Shown: positions 21,138-30,069, numbered from the stretch's first letter. The stretch is DNA of 51,230 nucleotides from Thermodesulfovibrionales bacterium (GCA_044450345.1 JBIOIY010000013.1:1-51230), one strand, 5' to 3'. The notes: generated by a model not told the origin, from the letters alone. A program made the numbers and translations.

Positions 21138-22552
21138 TGCATGGCTGAGACTATCGGAGAAAGCTCCTCGATTATCACCTGAAAAGCTTCCCGATAACGA
21201 CTCTGTGCAGACGGGATAAAGTAGCTTAATCCTTTCTCAATATTTCCCGCCAGTAGCGCCCCCTTCATCCCCTCCCACTTCCCTTTCAAGAGCGCATCTA
21301 TCGCTTCTTTGTTTAAAACCGTTATTGCGATTGAATCCGTATAAGCATTCCCCTGATCGTCCGTTACCGTCACTGTCGGATAATAGATGCCTTCTGTCGT
21401 ATAAGTAAAAGTCACGCCTTCAAAGGTATCCCCGGTATAATCGACAACCCCATCCCCATCAAAATCCATCTGATAACCCACTATCGGATTGGGTGTTGTT
21501 GTGGATACCGAGAAGTAACTCGTAAGCGGCGGAATACCACTTGTGATGTTTGCGCTGAGGGTGATATAGGGCTTCGTTGTATCTGCCTTCACCGCAACCT
21601 CGGCCCTTCCCACTGCGCCGTTGCTGTCTACCCCATTCGCTATGATTACGTTGTCTCCGTCCATGAGTGGCATATTGTTTATCACAAACTGGTTGCCGTA
21701 TATGTCGGCGGCTATTCCATTTATCTTGATCGATATTTCTTTTGCATCAGACGTAAAGGTCCCCCTTACCATCGTCGACGATCTGTTGATCGCTGCATTG
21801 TTTGCCGGATATGTTATGGAGATATTCATGGGCGATACTTGCGTCGGCTGGTAATTGACACTTATGGTCTGTGAACCCTTCTTCCCTATCAACGTCGTTG
21901 CAACGGCTGTTATCTGATTAACGCCTGGGGATAAAGACACTCCCCTTGCGATAAACCGTCCATTGCTTGAGACCGATGCCTTGACTCCGTTGACATTCAC
22001 TGCCGCAACAGGATCAGTTACGGTCCCCTCAACGTCTATTGGCGAAACAGCCAGGGGTGCCCCATCATACGGGAAGATGATATTTACAAACACAGGGGTT
22101 GACACAAGGTTTGCCGAATACGGCTTGTTCAATGTGTTCCTCAAATCTCCGGACAGCCATTTGCCGGGGGATACGGCCGTCATTCCCCCTGCTATCATGC
22201 CGGTGAGCATATACCCTGCTTCACCTGTATCGGGATTTTCCTTTACATACCCTATCCCGGTCCAGTCGTCGTAGGTCATTTCGGTCTGCGGAATGCGGAC
22301 CTTCTGGTTTTGGTTGACGCTGTTCGATATGTCTTCCTTAATGTTTGCGTCGAAGGGAAGCGTGGGCGGGACTGTCGCAATGTTCGTCTTGTCTATTGCA
22401 ATAAGAAGTATCTGATTTGCGTTGGCTATCTCAAACAGCTTTGCCGTCGATATGGAATCTACCCGGAAATCATCTTCAAATATCCTGTGCTCTAAGTCAG
22501 AGCCTTGCAAAGCAGACAACTGCATGAATGTCTTTTGTCTGTCTGTAGAAGA

Positions 22553-22576
22553 GAGCGCATCGCCATGCGCCCCTAC
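22553..22576 (-). repeat. GTAG-type REP-like palindrome within coding sequence
   Basis: Minus strand GTAGGGGCGCATGGCGATGCGCTC. Confidence 0.65.
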
Positions 22577-22810
22577 AGTATTGATTGCGCGAAGCGACGC
22601 GTCGATAAACACCCCTTTCCAATCAAACCCGTGAGGCATGTCGAGGAGGTAGGTAACGTTAATCACCCCACCGACGGTTACCACTGTGGGAATCGGTCTT
22701 GTAACAGTCAGGTGAAGAAGTGACGCAAGCTCGTCCTCCGCCTGGTTCCACCGGTCTATATGGTTGATGGTCTCTTCATACAGGATGGTTTCAGCGTTGG
22801 CGTCTTGAGA

Positions 22811-22875
22811 GGGCGTATCGCCATTTGCCCCTGTATTGTCTCCCTCTTGAGGTAAGGGGGAGCGCGAAGGGGTTA
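22811..22875. repeat. Degenerate REP-like palindrome next to a CCCTCTT...AAGGGGG palindrome, within coding sequence
   Basis: GGGCGTATCGCCATTTGCCCCTGTA (22811-22835) and CCCTCTTGAGGTAAGGGGGAGCGCGAAGGGGTTA (22842-22875). Confidence 0.55.
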
Positions 22876-23446
22876 CTTTTCCCGCAACTATTCCTATCGC
22901 AACAACATTCCCTGCTATTTGCGTATTAGTAACTGCTTCCGTGCCGTTCGGCGATATGAGTTCGATCTTCAGGGAATGCTCCTCTCCCATAGGCAATCCA
23001 TCTATTCCCGCTACGATCATATCCCCGTCCACTTTCAGAATCGGCCTCAGTCTCACCAGATACGCAGGTGTGTTGTCCAGCCCTCCATAGGAATCTATCG
23101 TCTCCTGGTCCTCAACCGTCTCGGGCTCATAGCTTAACGCAAATCTGATGGTTGGAGAGTTTCATTGTATTTACTGTAATGCTGAAGAGTTCGCTGTTAT
23201 TTTTATCGGCTGCCGTGAATCTCACTTTGTGCTTGAGTTCATCCGGTATTTCTGTGTATTCGCCCGTTATCCTCCTCTGCTCAAACTGCATGCTATTGGG
23301 AAGGATTTTCAATATATCGGGCATCAGGGTCCTTGTCATCATCAAGTCCGACGGCTGATACCCGGCGGCCGTCAGCTTTGTCTCCACATATTCGAGGGGC
23401 GTTTGTGTTTGGATAGCACTGAGGTATTCATTTCTTGCGATCAAGA

Positions 23447-23474
23447 GCTGACTGCTGACCGCTGATTGCTGAAA
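23447..23474. repeat. Four tandem GCTGANN heptamers within coding sequence
   Basis: GCTGACT GCTGACC GCTGATT GCTGAAA; encodes FQQSAVSSQ on the minus strand. Confidence 0.75.
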
Positions 23475-24181
23475 GATGTCCATCGGATTATTGTACGTGT
23501 AGCCTGTTCTCTTTATACTGGTATCCAACCCCAGCCAGATGGGGTCGCTGTCGTCTATGATCGCCCCGCGATAGTTGCCGTAAGGTATCCGGCTTTCTAT
23601 CCAGATGTGTTCCACCTGGAAGTTTGATATCTTGCCCCCTGCTATGATGGGGTTATAGGGGATACCGGCCTTTTGAAAGAACTCGGCAATCTTGCCAGGG
23701 TCGTCTATCCCCGTGAGGTTCTTTACCTTTTCTATAACGATGTTCTTTCCCCCGGCGAAGAACTCAATTGTCCCTCTCACGTATCTGGTCGGAAACCCCG
23801 ATGCTCGAAGCAGCGCGGCAAACAGCGTGCTTTGGTCACAGTCGTTTCCGGACTTCTGCTTCAATGTCTCCTCCGCCCCCTTCATACACCCCCAGTACCA
23901 GTCCGTCTCTATGTTGTTCTTTACGTATTCATAGATCAGCACAGGGTTCCAATTGAGAGACTGGGCAAGGGTACCCATCGCCTCCGATATGGGCGCTTCC
24001 TCTGTGCTCTGGGTATCATCAGGAGCGACGGACTTATTGCTGCCTTTGTATGCGGGTACTATTGGAGGGCTCTTGCCGGGTTGTGTCGCGGGATAATTAA
24101 GGTTCCTGTATGGGAGGCTGCCGATGATAGGTCTTTTGGTTTTGGGAAGGATTTGATCAAGAAGCGTTTTGAGGTCTTCGA

Positions 24182-24278
24182 TAACCCCCCTCAGTCCCCC
24201 CTTATCAGGGCGGGAAGCCTGATCGGGCGTATCGTTCTCCTCGGCGAATCCGCCCGGGTGCGGACCATACGCCCCTAC
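24182..24278. repeat. Composite repeat cluster: C-rich palindrome plus a GTAG-type REP interrupted by the 30-bp element
   Basis: TAACCCCCCTCAGTCCCCCCTTATCAGGGCGGG, then GGGCGTATCG[30 bp]CCATACGCCCCTAC. Confidence 0.75.
24235..24264 (-). mobile_element. 30-bp miniature dispersed element, copy 1
   Basis: Minus strand TCCGCACCCGGGCGGATTCGCCGAGGAGAA; 28/30 identical to each of the copies at 29390 and 39333. Confidence 0.75.
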
Positions 24279-24879
24279 AGTGTTTGCCGAGGACTGCAGG
24301 CTTTCAATCAGAGTCAGATATTCCGCAAGGGCCTTTTGATAACCCTCTTCCATGACCCTGTGCCTCTCCAGTGCCTTGGCCCCCCTTGTCTTTACGTCTT
24401 CTTCCCGTGCCCTGAACTTCTCCTGAAGCAATAGATGTGACGCCTTGATGTTTTCAGAGAGGGCCGTTAGTGTACTGATCTCTTTTTGACCAGAATCCCC
24501 TGCCTTGAGTTTCTCCCCCGCCCTCTCAAGTAGCGCTCTGCTTTGTTTGAGTTTCTCCTGGAGGTCCTTCTCTATGTCGTTATACGCTGCGAAACTCCGT
24601 GAGGAAAGCGGAAGCACAATCGCAATTATCAGGACCAGAAGCTTAACAATTCCCCTTGTCACTAACTCCCTCCAAATCAACGCACATCATTTACGATCTA
24701 CTTTAGTGATTTGTCCCCAGTATTCCCCACCTCGGAGGCGCACGCTAATAAATTAGCAGCAGACAGAAACGTTTGTCAATATCAAATTTTTGTTTGCCCA
24801 TTTTTCTTCATGCGTTAAATTCTTGCTCAAAGACCGCCCGATAGTGCAAAATATCAGTCAATTTTAGAATGGGAGAAGA

Positions 24880-25809
24880 ATGCCTGTACGGATAGGAGTC
24901 ATCGGTGTAGGGTACCTCGGACGGCACCATGCAAGGATATATTCAGAACTCAAAGACGCCGAGCTCATGGCCGTTGCCGATGCCGACTCAGGCAGAGCTG
25001 ATGAGATAGCCGGCACATACGGGTGCAGGTCTTTTTCGAAATATACTGACCTCTTTGCCTCCTGCGACGCGGTGAGCATTGTGACGCCGACGACTACGCA
25101 TTATGAGGTCGCGATGGATTGCCTGAGGGCGGGGAAGGACGTCCTGGTAGAAAAGCCGATAACCGCAGCTTTGGAGGAAGGTGAAGACCTTATTCAGGAG
25201 GCGGCGAAGAGAAACCTTATTCTTCAGGTGGGGCATCTCGAACGATATAACCCCGGGATAATAGCCGCATCAAAGATGATAAGGGAGCCCTGGTTTGTGG
25301 AGTCGGAGAGGCTCTCGCCCTTCCTGGGAAGAGGGATCGACGTGGACGTTACGCTCGACCTTATGATACACGATATCGACATCGTGATGAGCATAGTGCA
25401 GGCTAAATTGATAGATATCAGAGCGGTAGGAGAAAGCGTCCTCACGGAAAAGATCGATCTTGCGAAAGTGTGGCTGGAGTTCGAAAACGGATGCAAAGCC
25501 ATGATTACCGCAAGCAGACTCTCTCCCGAGAAGCAGAGAAGGTTGACGGTATTTCAGAAAGAATCCTTTGTGTCCGTGGATTACCAGAACCATGAAGTCA
25601 GGCGCTATTTCAAAAAAGGCCATGATATGTCCGTCGATGTCGTGAAACCGGAAAAAAAAGAACCCCTCATGGAGGAATTAAAAGACTTTATCCGTTGTGT
25701 CGAGACGAGGACGAGGCCCAAGGTATCGGGCCGCGAGGGGCTTGAGGCATTACGGGTGATACTGAAGATAAATGAGATGGTGAGCGATCGAATTCGTCCG
25801 GGACTTTAA
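24880..25809 (+). CDS. Gfo/Idh/MocA oxidoreductase, probable UDP-GlcNAc 3-dehydrogenase (GnnA-like)
   Basis: GVIGVGYLG, VLVEKP, VGHLERYNP, DLMIHDID; lies upstream of an aminotransferase and lpxB. Confidence 0.85.
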   Translation: MPVRIGVIGVGYLGRHHARIYSELKDAELMAVADADSGRADEIAGTYGCRSFSKYTDLFASCDAVSIVTPTTTHYEVAMDCLRAGKDVLVEKPITAALEEGEDLIQEAAKRNLILQVGHLERYNPGIIAASKMIREPWFVESERLSPFLGRGIDVDVTLDLMIHDIDIVMSIVQAKLIDIRAVGESVLTEKIDLAKVWLEFENGCKAMITASRLSPEKQRRLTVFQKESFVSVDYQNHEVRRYFKKGHDMSVDVVKPEKKEPLMEELKDFIRCVETRTRPKVSGREGLEALRVILKINEMVSDRIRPGL

Positions 25810-25835
25810 TAAATATATAATGGAGATAATGCGTC

Positions 25836-26927
25836 ATGATTGTGCCGATGGTAGACCTTAAAAAACAGTTTAATGACATAAAGGATGAAGTGTTCGAGAT
25901 GCTTACGGAGATCCTCGAAAGCTCACAGTATATTCTCGGTCCGAAGGTCCTGGAGCTCGAAAAAAAGATCGCCGAATACCACGGGGTGACCGAGGCGGTG
26001 GGCGTTGCTTCAGGAACCGACGCACTCCATCTTTCGATAGAGGCCCTTGGCATAGGTGAAGGTGACGAGGTGATCACTACTCCTTTTACTTTTTTTGCAA
26101 CGGCGGAAGCGATTCTCTATACCGGGGCGACTCCCGTGTTCGTCGATATAGAACAGGAAACCATGAACATCGACCCTGGAAAAATCGAAGCGGCGGTCAC
26201 TAAACGGACTAAGGCGGTTCTTCCGGTCCATATCTTCGGTCATCCTGCTGACATGGAGAAGATCGCGGCGGTGGCGAAGGAGCACAAACTTAAAATAATT
26301 GAAGATTGCGCCCAGTCATTCGGCGCCTCGGTACACGGCAAGAAGACCGGCAGTCTCGGAGACGCCGGGTGCTTCAGCTTCTACCCTTCCAAGAACCTCG
26401 GTGCCTTCGGAGACGGCGGGATGGTGCTTTTGAATGACCCCTCTGTAGCAGCCGATATACGGAAGCTGCGAAACCACGGCTCAAGAGGCTCTTACAGACA
26501 TGAGTCGGTCGGGTTTAACAGCAGGCTGGACGAGATCCAGGCGGGGGTGCTTTTGGTAAAGATGAAACGTATCGATGCGTACAATAATAAGAGAAGACAG
26601 AAGGCCGCTCTTTATGGAGAGCTTCTATCGGATAGGGTTGAACGCCCTGCGGAAAGACCCGGCTACACCCATGTGTATCATCAGTACACAATCAGAAGCA
26701 GCAGGAGAGATGAGATTCAGGTGCGTCTCCGCGAAAACAATATCTCTTCAGTCGTCTATTACCCTACCCCCCTGCATATCCAGGAAGCGGTGAATTTCCT
26801 GGGTTATAAAAAGGGGGACTTTCCGGTTGCGGAAGAGACTTCGGAAAGGGTCCTCTCCCTTCCCATGTATCCGGAACTGGAAGAAACGTCGATCGCCCGG
26901 ATTGCCGACATCATAAATAATGTCTGA
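25836..26927 (+). CDS. DegT/DnrJ/EryC1/StrS aminotransferase (GnnB-like)
   Basis: SGTDAL, IIEDCAQSFG, FSFYPSKNLGAFGDGG, GFNSRLDEIQA. Confidence 0.9.
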   Translation: MIVPMVDLKKQFNDIKDEVFEMLTEILESSQYILGPKVLELEKKIAEYHGVTEAVGVASGTDALHLSIEALGIGEGDEVITTPFTFFATAEAILYTGATPVFVDIEQETMNIDPGKIEAAVTKRTKAVLPVHIFGHPADMEKIAAVAKEHKLKIIEDCAQSFGASVHGKKTGSLGDAGCFSFYPSKNLGAFGDGGMVLLNDPSVAADIRKLRNHGSRGSYRHESVGFNSRLDEIQAGVLLVKMKRIDAYNNKRRQKAALYGELLSDRVERPAERPGYTHVYHQYTIRSSRRDEIQVRLRENNISSVVYYPTPLHIQEAVNFLGYKKGDFPVAEETSERVLSLPMYPELEETSIARIADIINNV

Positions 26928-28059
26928 GACCGCCATGATCGTTACCGGGGAGACCTCCGGCGAGTTATACGGCTCGCTGCTAGCGGTCTCGCTGAGAAAA
27001 AGGGTCCCCGGCATCAGGATAATCGGCATAGGCGGTGAAAAGATGAAAGAGGCAGGTGTCGAACTCATATCAGGTATCGCGAGCGCGTTCGGACTCGCCG
27101 AGGCTGTTTCTTCCCTTCGCGCGATAAAGGAGACTTTCGCGAAAGCCTCAGAGGCCCTTATTACAGAGAGGCCGGGGGTGCTCGTCCTGATAGATTACCC
27201 TGATTTTAATCTTAAGCTCGCCTCTCTCGCAAAGAAGAAAAAAATAAAGATACTGTATTATGTGAGTCCGCAGGTCTGGGCCTGGAGAAGAAACAGGACA
27301 AAAAAAATAGCCCGTCTGGTCGATAAGATGGCGGTAATACTCCCCTTTGAAGAGGAGCTATACAAAGACACCGGCCTTGAGTGCGAGTTTGTAGGGCACC
27401 CGGTGTTTGACGAGATACAGGGAATGAAGGCCGACAAAGATGCAGAAAAGGAGGCATTGGGCCTGCAGAGAGAACGCCCCCTGCTTTCATTGCTGCCGGG
27501 CAGCAGGCCGCACGAACTTGCAAGGCTTTTGCCGTTGACGCTTGATGTGGTAAGGCGGTCCAGGCAAGAATTCCCCTCTTTCCAGTTTTGTGTACCACTG
27601 GCGCCTAACACGCATTTGGCCGGTCATAGCAAGGTCATAGACGATCTGAAACGGGAAGGGGTTGTCATCAATAAAGGGGAATCGCTGAGGGCCCTGGCGG
27701 CGTCCGATATGGCTGTGATCGCCTCGGGGACAGCGACACTGCAGGCTGTGCTGCTCGGTATACCTTTTGTGGTGATGTATAAGCTTTTCCCTTTGACTTA
27801 CTGGCTTGGAAAGATGATTGTGAGAGTGAAACATATTTCCCTTGTGAATATTCTATCGGGACGCGAGGTCGTAAAAGAGCTCCTTCAGGCCGATGCCTCA
27901 CCGGAGAAGATAATCCATGAGCTGCGGAGGATCACGACCGACATTGCGTACAAGGATAAAATGATCGAGGCCTTCGGCAGGGTCAGGGAAATGTTTTCGG
28001 GCAAGAGCGCCTCCGAAAGAGTGGCAGATATCGCAATCGAGCTGGCGGGATGGAAGTAA
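26920..28059 (+). CDS. lpxB: Lipid-A-disaccharide synthase
   Basis: GETSGELYG, IDYPDFNL, YVSPQVWAWR, FVGHP, LLPGSR, SGTATL. Confidence 0.97.
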   Translation: MSETAMIVTGETSGELYGSLLAVSLRKRVPGIRIIGIGGEKMKEAGVELISGIASAFGLAEAVSSLRAIKETFAKASEALITERPGVLVLIDYPDFNLKLASLAKKKKIKILYYVSPQVWAWRRNRTKKIARLVDKMAVILPFEEELYKDTGLECEFVGHPVFDEIQGMKADKDAEKEALGLQRERPLLSLLPGSRPHELARLLPLTLDVVRRSRQEFPSFQFCVPLAPNTHLAGHSKVIDDLKREGVVINKGESLRALAASDMAVIASGTATLQAVLLGIPFVVMYKLFPLTYWLGKMIVRVKHISLVNILSGREVVKELLQADASPEKIIHELRRITTDIAYKDKMIEAFGRVREMFSGKSASERVADIAIELAGWK

Positions 28060-28071
28060 GTAGGGGTTGAT

Positions 28072-29304
28072 ATGTTCCTTGTCTATAGTCTGCTTTATGC
28101 GGTTGCGGTTTCGATTTTATTCATACCTGAATATCTAAAGCGTTCTAAAGAGCTCAGGAAAAGATGGCTTAGGGAGAAGTTCGGGTACCTGCCTGACGTG
28201 AAGTCTGCTATATGGGTCCATGCCGTCTCCGTAGGTGAGGTCAACGCATCTATCGGGCTTCTCAAAAAATTAAGGGCCGAATACCCGCAATCTCCTCTGA
28301 TACTTTCGACAATCACGGATACAGGGCAGAAAGTCGCGCTGGAAAAGGCACCCGAAGGGACAACGGTGGTATATCTCCCCTTCGATTTGATATACATATT
28401 GGACCGCGGTTTTCGGAGGGCCATGCCCCGTCTATTCCTGGTTATGGAGACCGAGCTCTGGCCGAATATTTTCAGGACGCTCGCCGGCCGCAGAGTTCCT
28501 GTTCTGATGCTCAACGGCAGGATATCTGAGAAGTCCGCTGCAGGGTACAGGAAGATCTCATTTTTTATGAAAAAGGTCTTTTCCTGCGTCAGCGTATTCG
28601 GCATGCAAGGCCAGGTCGATGCAGATAGAATAAGGTATATCGGGGCTGAGAAGACGAAGATCACGGTGCTGGGAAATTTTAAGTTTGATATGGAGATGGC
28701 CTGCGCAATCCCCGACTGGGCCCAGTCCATGGGGGGGCCCATCGTTGTTGCCGGCAGCACACACAAGGGAGAGGAAGAGCTGATTCTGGCGGCCTACTCG
28801 GAAAACAAAGAATTTTCCCCTGAGCTGAAACTGATACTGGCGCCAAGACACCCGGAGCGTTTTGAAGAAGTGGCAGACATGCTTAAGAAGAGCGGCATCC
28901 AGTACACGAAGCGGACCGAAATCAAAGATCTAAATATCTCGGGGGTGTCTGTTATTCTTCTTGACACGGTGGGTGAGTTGTCTTCTGTATACGCGGCCGC
29001 CGATATAGCGATTATGGGAAAAAGCTTTGAAGGGGTAGGAGGGCAGAATCCTCTTGAGCCTGCTTATTGGGGGAAACCTATTATCTGCGGCCCTCATATG
29101 GAGAATTTTCCTTTTATAAAAGATTTTTATCGTGAAGGCGCGGCCTTCGAAGTTGAAGCAACAGCCATCTCTAAGAAGATAAAGGAACTACTTCTTGCCC
29201 CTGATAAGGCGAGGTCGGCAGGCCGAAAGGCGAAAGAGATTTACTTAATGAATTCGGGTGCGGTCGAGCGGGCGATGGATATTATCAGGAAATATCTGGG
29301 GTAA
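28072..29304 (+). CDS. waaA: 3-deoxy-D-manno-octulosonic acid transferase
   Basis: WVHAVSVGEV, METELWPN, GSTHKGEE, APRHPERF, GGQNPLEPA. Confidence 0.96.
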   Translation: MFLVYSLLYAVAVSILFIPEYLKRSKELRKRWLREKFGYLPDVKSAIWVHAVSVGEVNASIGLLKKLRAEYPQSPLILSTITDTGQKVALEKAPEGTTVVYLPFDLIYILDRGFRRAMPRLFLVMETELWPNIFRTLAGRRVPVLMLNGRISEKSAAGYRKISFFMKKVFSCVSVFGMQGQVDADRIRYIGAEKTKITVLGNFKFDMEMACAIPDWAQSMGGPIVVAGSTHKGEEELILAAYSENKEFSPELKLILAPRHPERFEEVADMLKKSGIQYTKRTEIKDLNISGVSVILLDTVGELSSVYAAADIAIMGKSFEGVGGQNPLEPAYWGKPIICGPHMENFPFIKDFYREGAAFEVEATAISKKIKELLLAPDKARSAGRKAKEIYLMNSGAVERAMDIIRKYLG

Positions 29305-29330
29305 GGGATATTCTTTTTCCCTCTTTCTCA

Positions 29331-29446
29331 GTAACGCCCCCGGCCTTCCGCCTCGGCGGATCGCATGAGGAGATCGGCCGCCCCCTCTTTCCGCACCCAG
29401 GCGGATTCGCTGAGGAGAAAAGATAAGAGGGGGATAGGGGGAGTTA
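29331..29446. repeat. Palindromic repeat (inverted counterpart of 29623-29672) carrying two nested insertions
   Basis: GTAACGCCCCCGGCC[variant]..CCCCCTCTT[30 bp]AAGATAAGAGGGGGATAGGGGGAGTTA. With the inserts removed it closely matches the reverse complement of 29623-29672. Confidence 0.75.
29390..29419 (+). mobile_element. 30-bp miniature dispersed element, copy 2
   Basis: TCCGCACCCAGGCGGATTCGCTGAGGAGAA. Confidence 0.75.
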
Positions 29447-29532
29447 TGATCCCGGAGGGGCGTGGGAAGATTTGACTTTCTCCTTGACAGAAGCCTCTCA
29501 AAATATCCACAATTCTGAGGGGATGAAGATAT

Positions 29533-29625
29533 ATGACCGGCATTGATGCATTCAGAGAAAAACTTCAGGTCCTGGTCTCCAAGTTCGAGAAGGACAATAT
29601 CGGGCGGATGAAATTAATAAAATAA
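29533..29625 (+). pseudogene. Short N-terminal gene remnant, possibly of a Type IIG restriction-modification enzyme
   Basis: GAGGGG SD, then MTGIDAFREKLQVLVSKFEKDNIGRMKLIK*. The family call rests only on recalled resemblance. Confidence 0.35.
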
Positions 29626-29672
29626 CTCCCCCTCGCCCCCTCTTAACCTAAGAGGGGGATGGGAGGCGTTAC
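29623..29672. repeat. Palindromic repeat immediately upstream of the DUF559 gene
   Basis: TAACTCCCCCTCGCCCCCTCTTAACCTAAGAGGGGGATGGGAGGCGTTAC; core stem CCCCCTCTTA/TAAGAGGGGG. Confidence 0.8.
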
Positions 29673-29682
29673 AGTAAATCGA

Positions 29683-30069
29683 ATGAAATTCACATTGAAT
29701 GATCCGTTGCAAAAACAGCGGAGAAAGGAATTGAGACATAATCAGACAGAGGCTGAAAAAGCCCTTTGGCTGCATATACGGAACAGACAGTTTTGCGGAA
29801 AGAAATTCTATCGTCAGTACAGCGAGGGTCCTTATATCCTCGACTTCTACTGCCCGCAAATGAAACTCGCAGTAGAATTGGACGGCGGACAACATGCCTG
29901 TGATGAAAACAGGGAATATGATGCTGCCCGTACAGACTACCTGAAAGCCTTGGGGATCGAAATATTGCGGTTCTGGAATCATGAAGCGCTTAACAATACA
30001 GATGACGTCTTAGCCAGGATGGCAGTTAAGATAGAGAGAGAGAGATTACGATTACGCACGGAAAAATAG
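29683..30069 (+). CDS. DUF559 (Vsr-like) endonuclease domain-containing protein
   Basis: RKELRHNQTEAEKALW...KFYRQ...YILDFYC...AVELDGGQH...YDAART...ILRFWN. Start at ATG 29683 is inferred. Confidence 0.92.
   Translation: MKFTLNDPLQKQRRKELRHNQTEAEKALWLHIRNRQFCGKKFYRQYSEGPYILDFYCPQMKLAVELDGGQHACDENREYDAARTDYLKALGIEILRFWNHEALNNTDDVLARMAVKIERERLRLRTEK

Larger units (their letters stand above)
21074..24662 (-). pseudogene. Large secreted transglutaminase-like / Ig-like / PKD protein, frameshifted near 23142 and probably 3'-truncated
   Basis: Signal peptide and GNDCDQ...EHIWIE...WLGLDTS. Removing one T at 23141-23143 joins ORF 23127-24680 to ORF 21074-23056 (SNHQI-ALSYEPETVEDQETIDSYGGLDNTPAYLVRLRP). 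Ig-like repeats and PKD (MDFDGDG...YYPTVTVTD). Confidence 0.75.
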
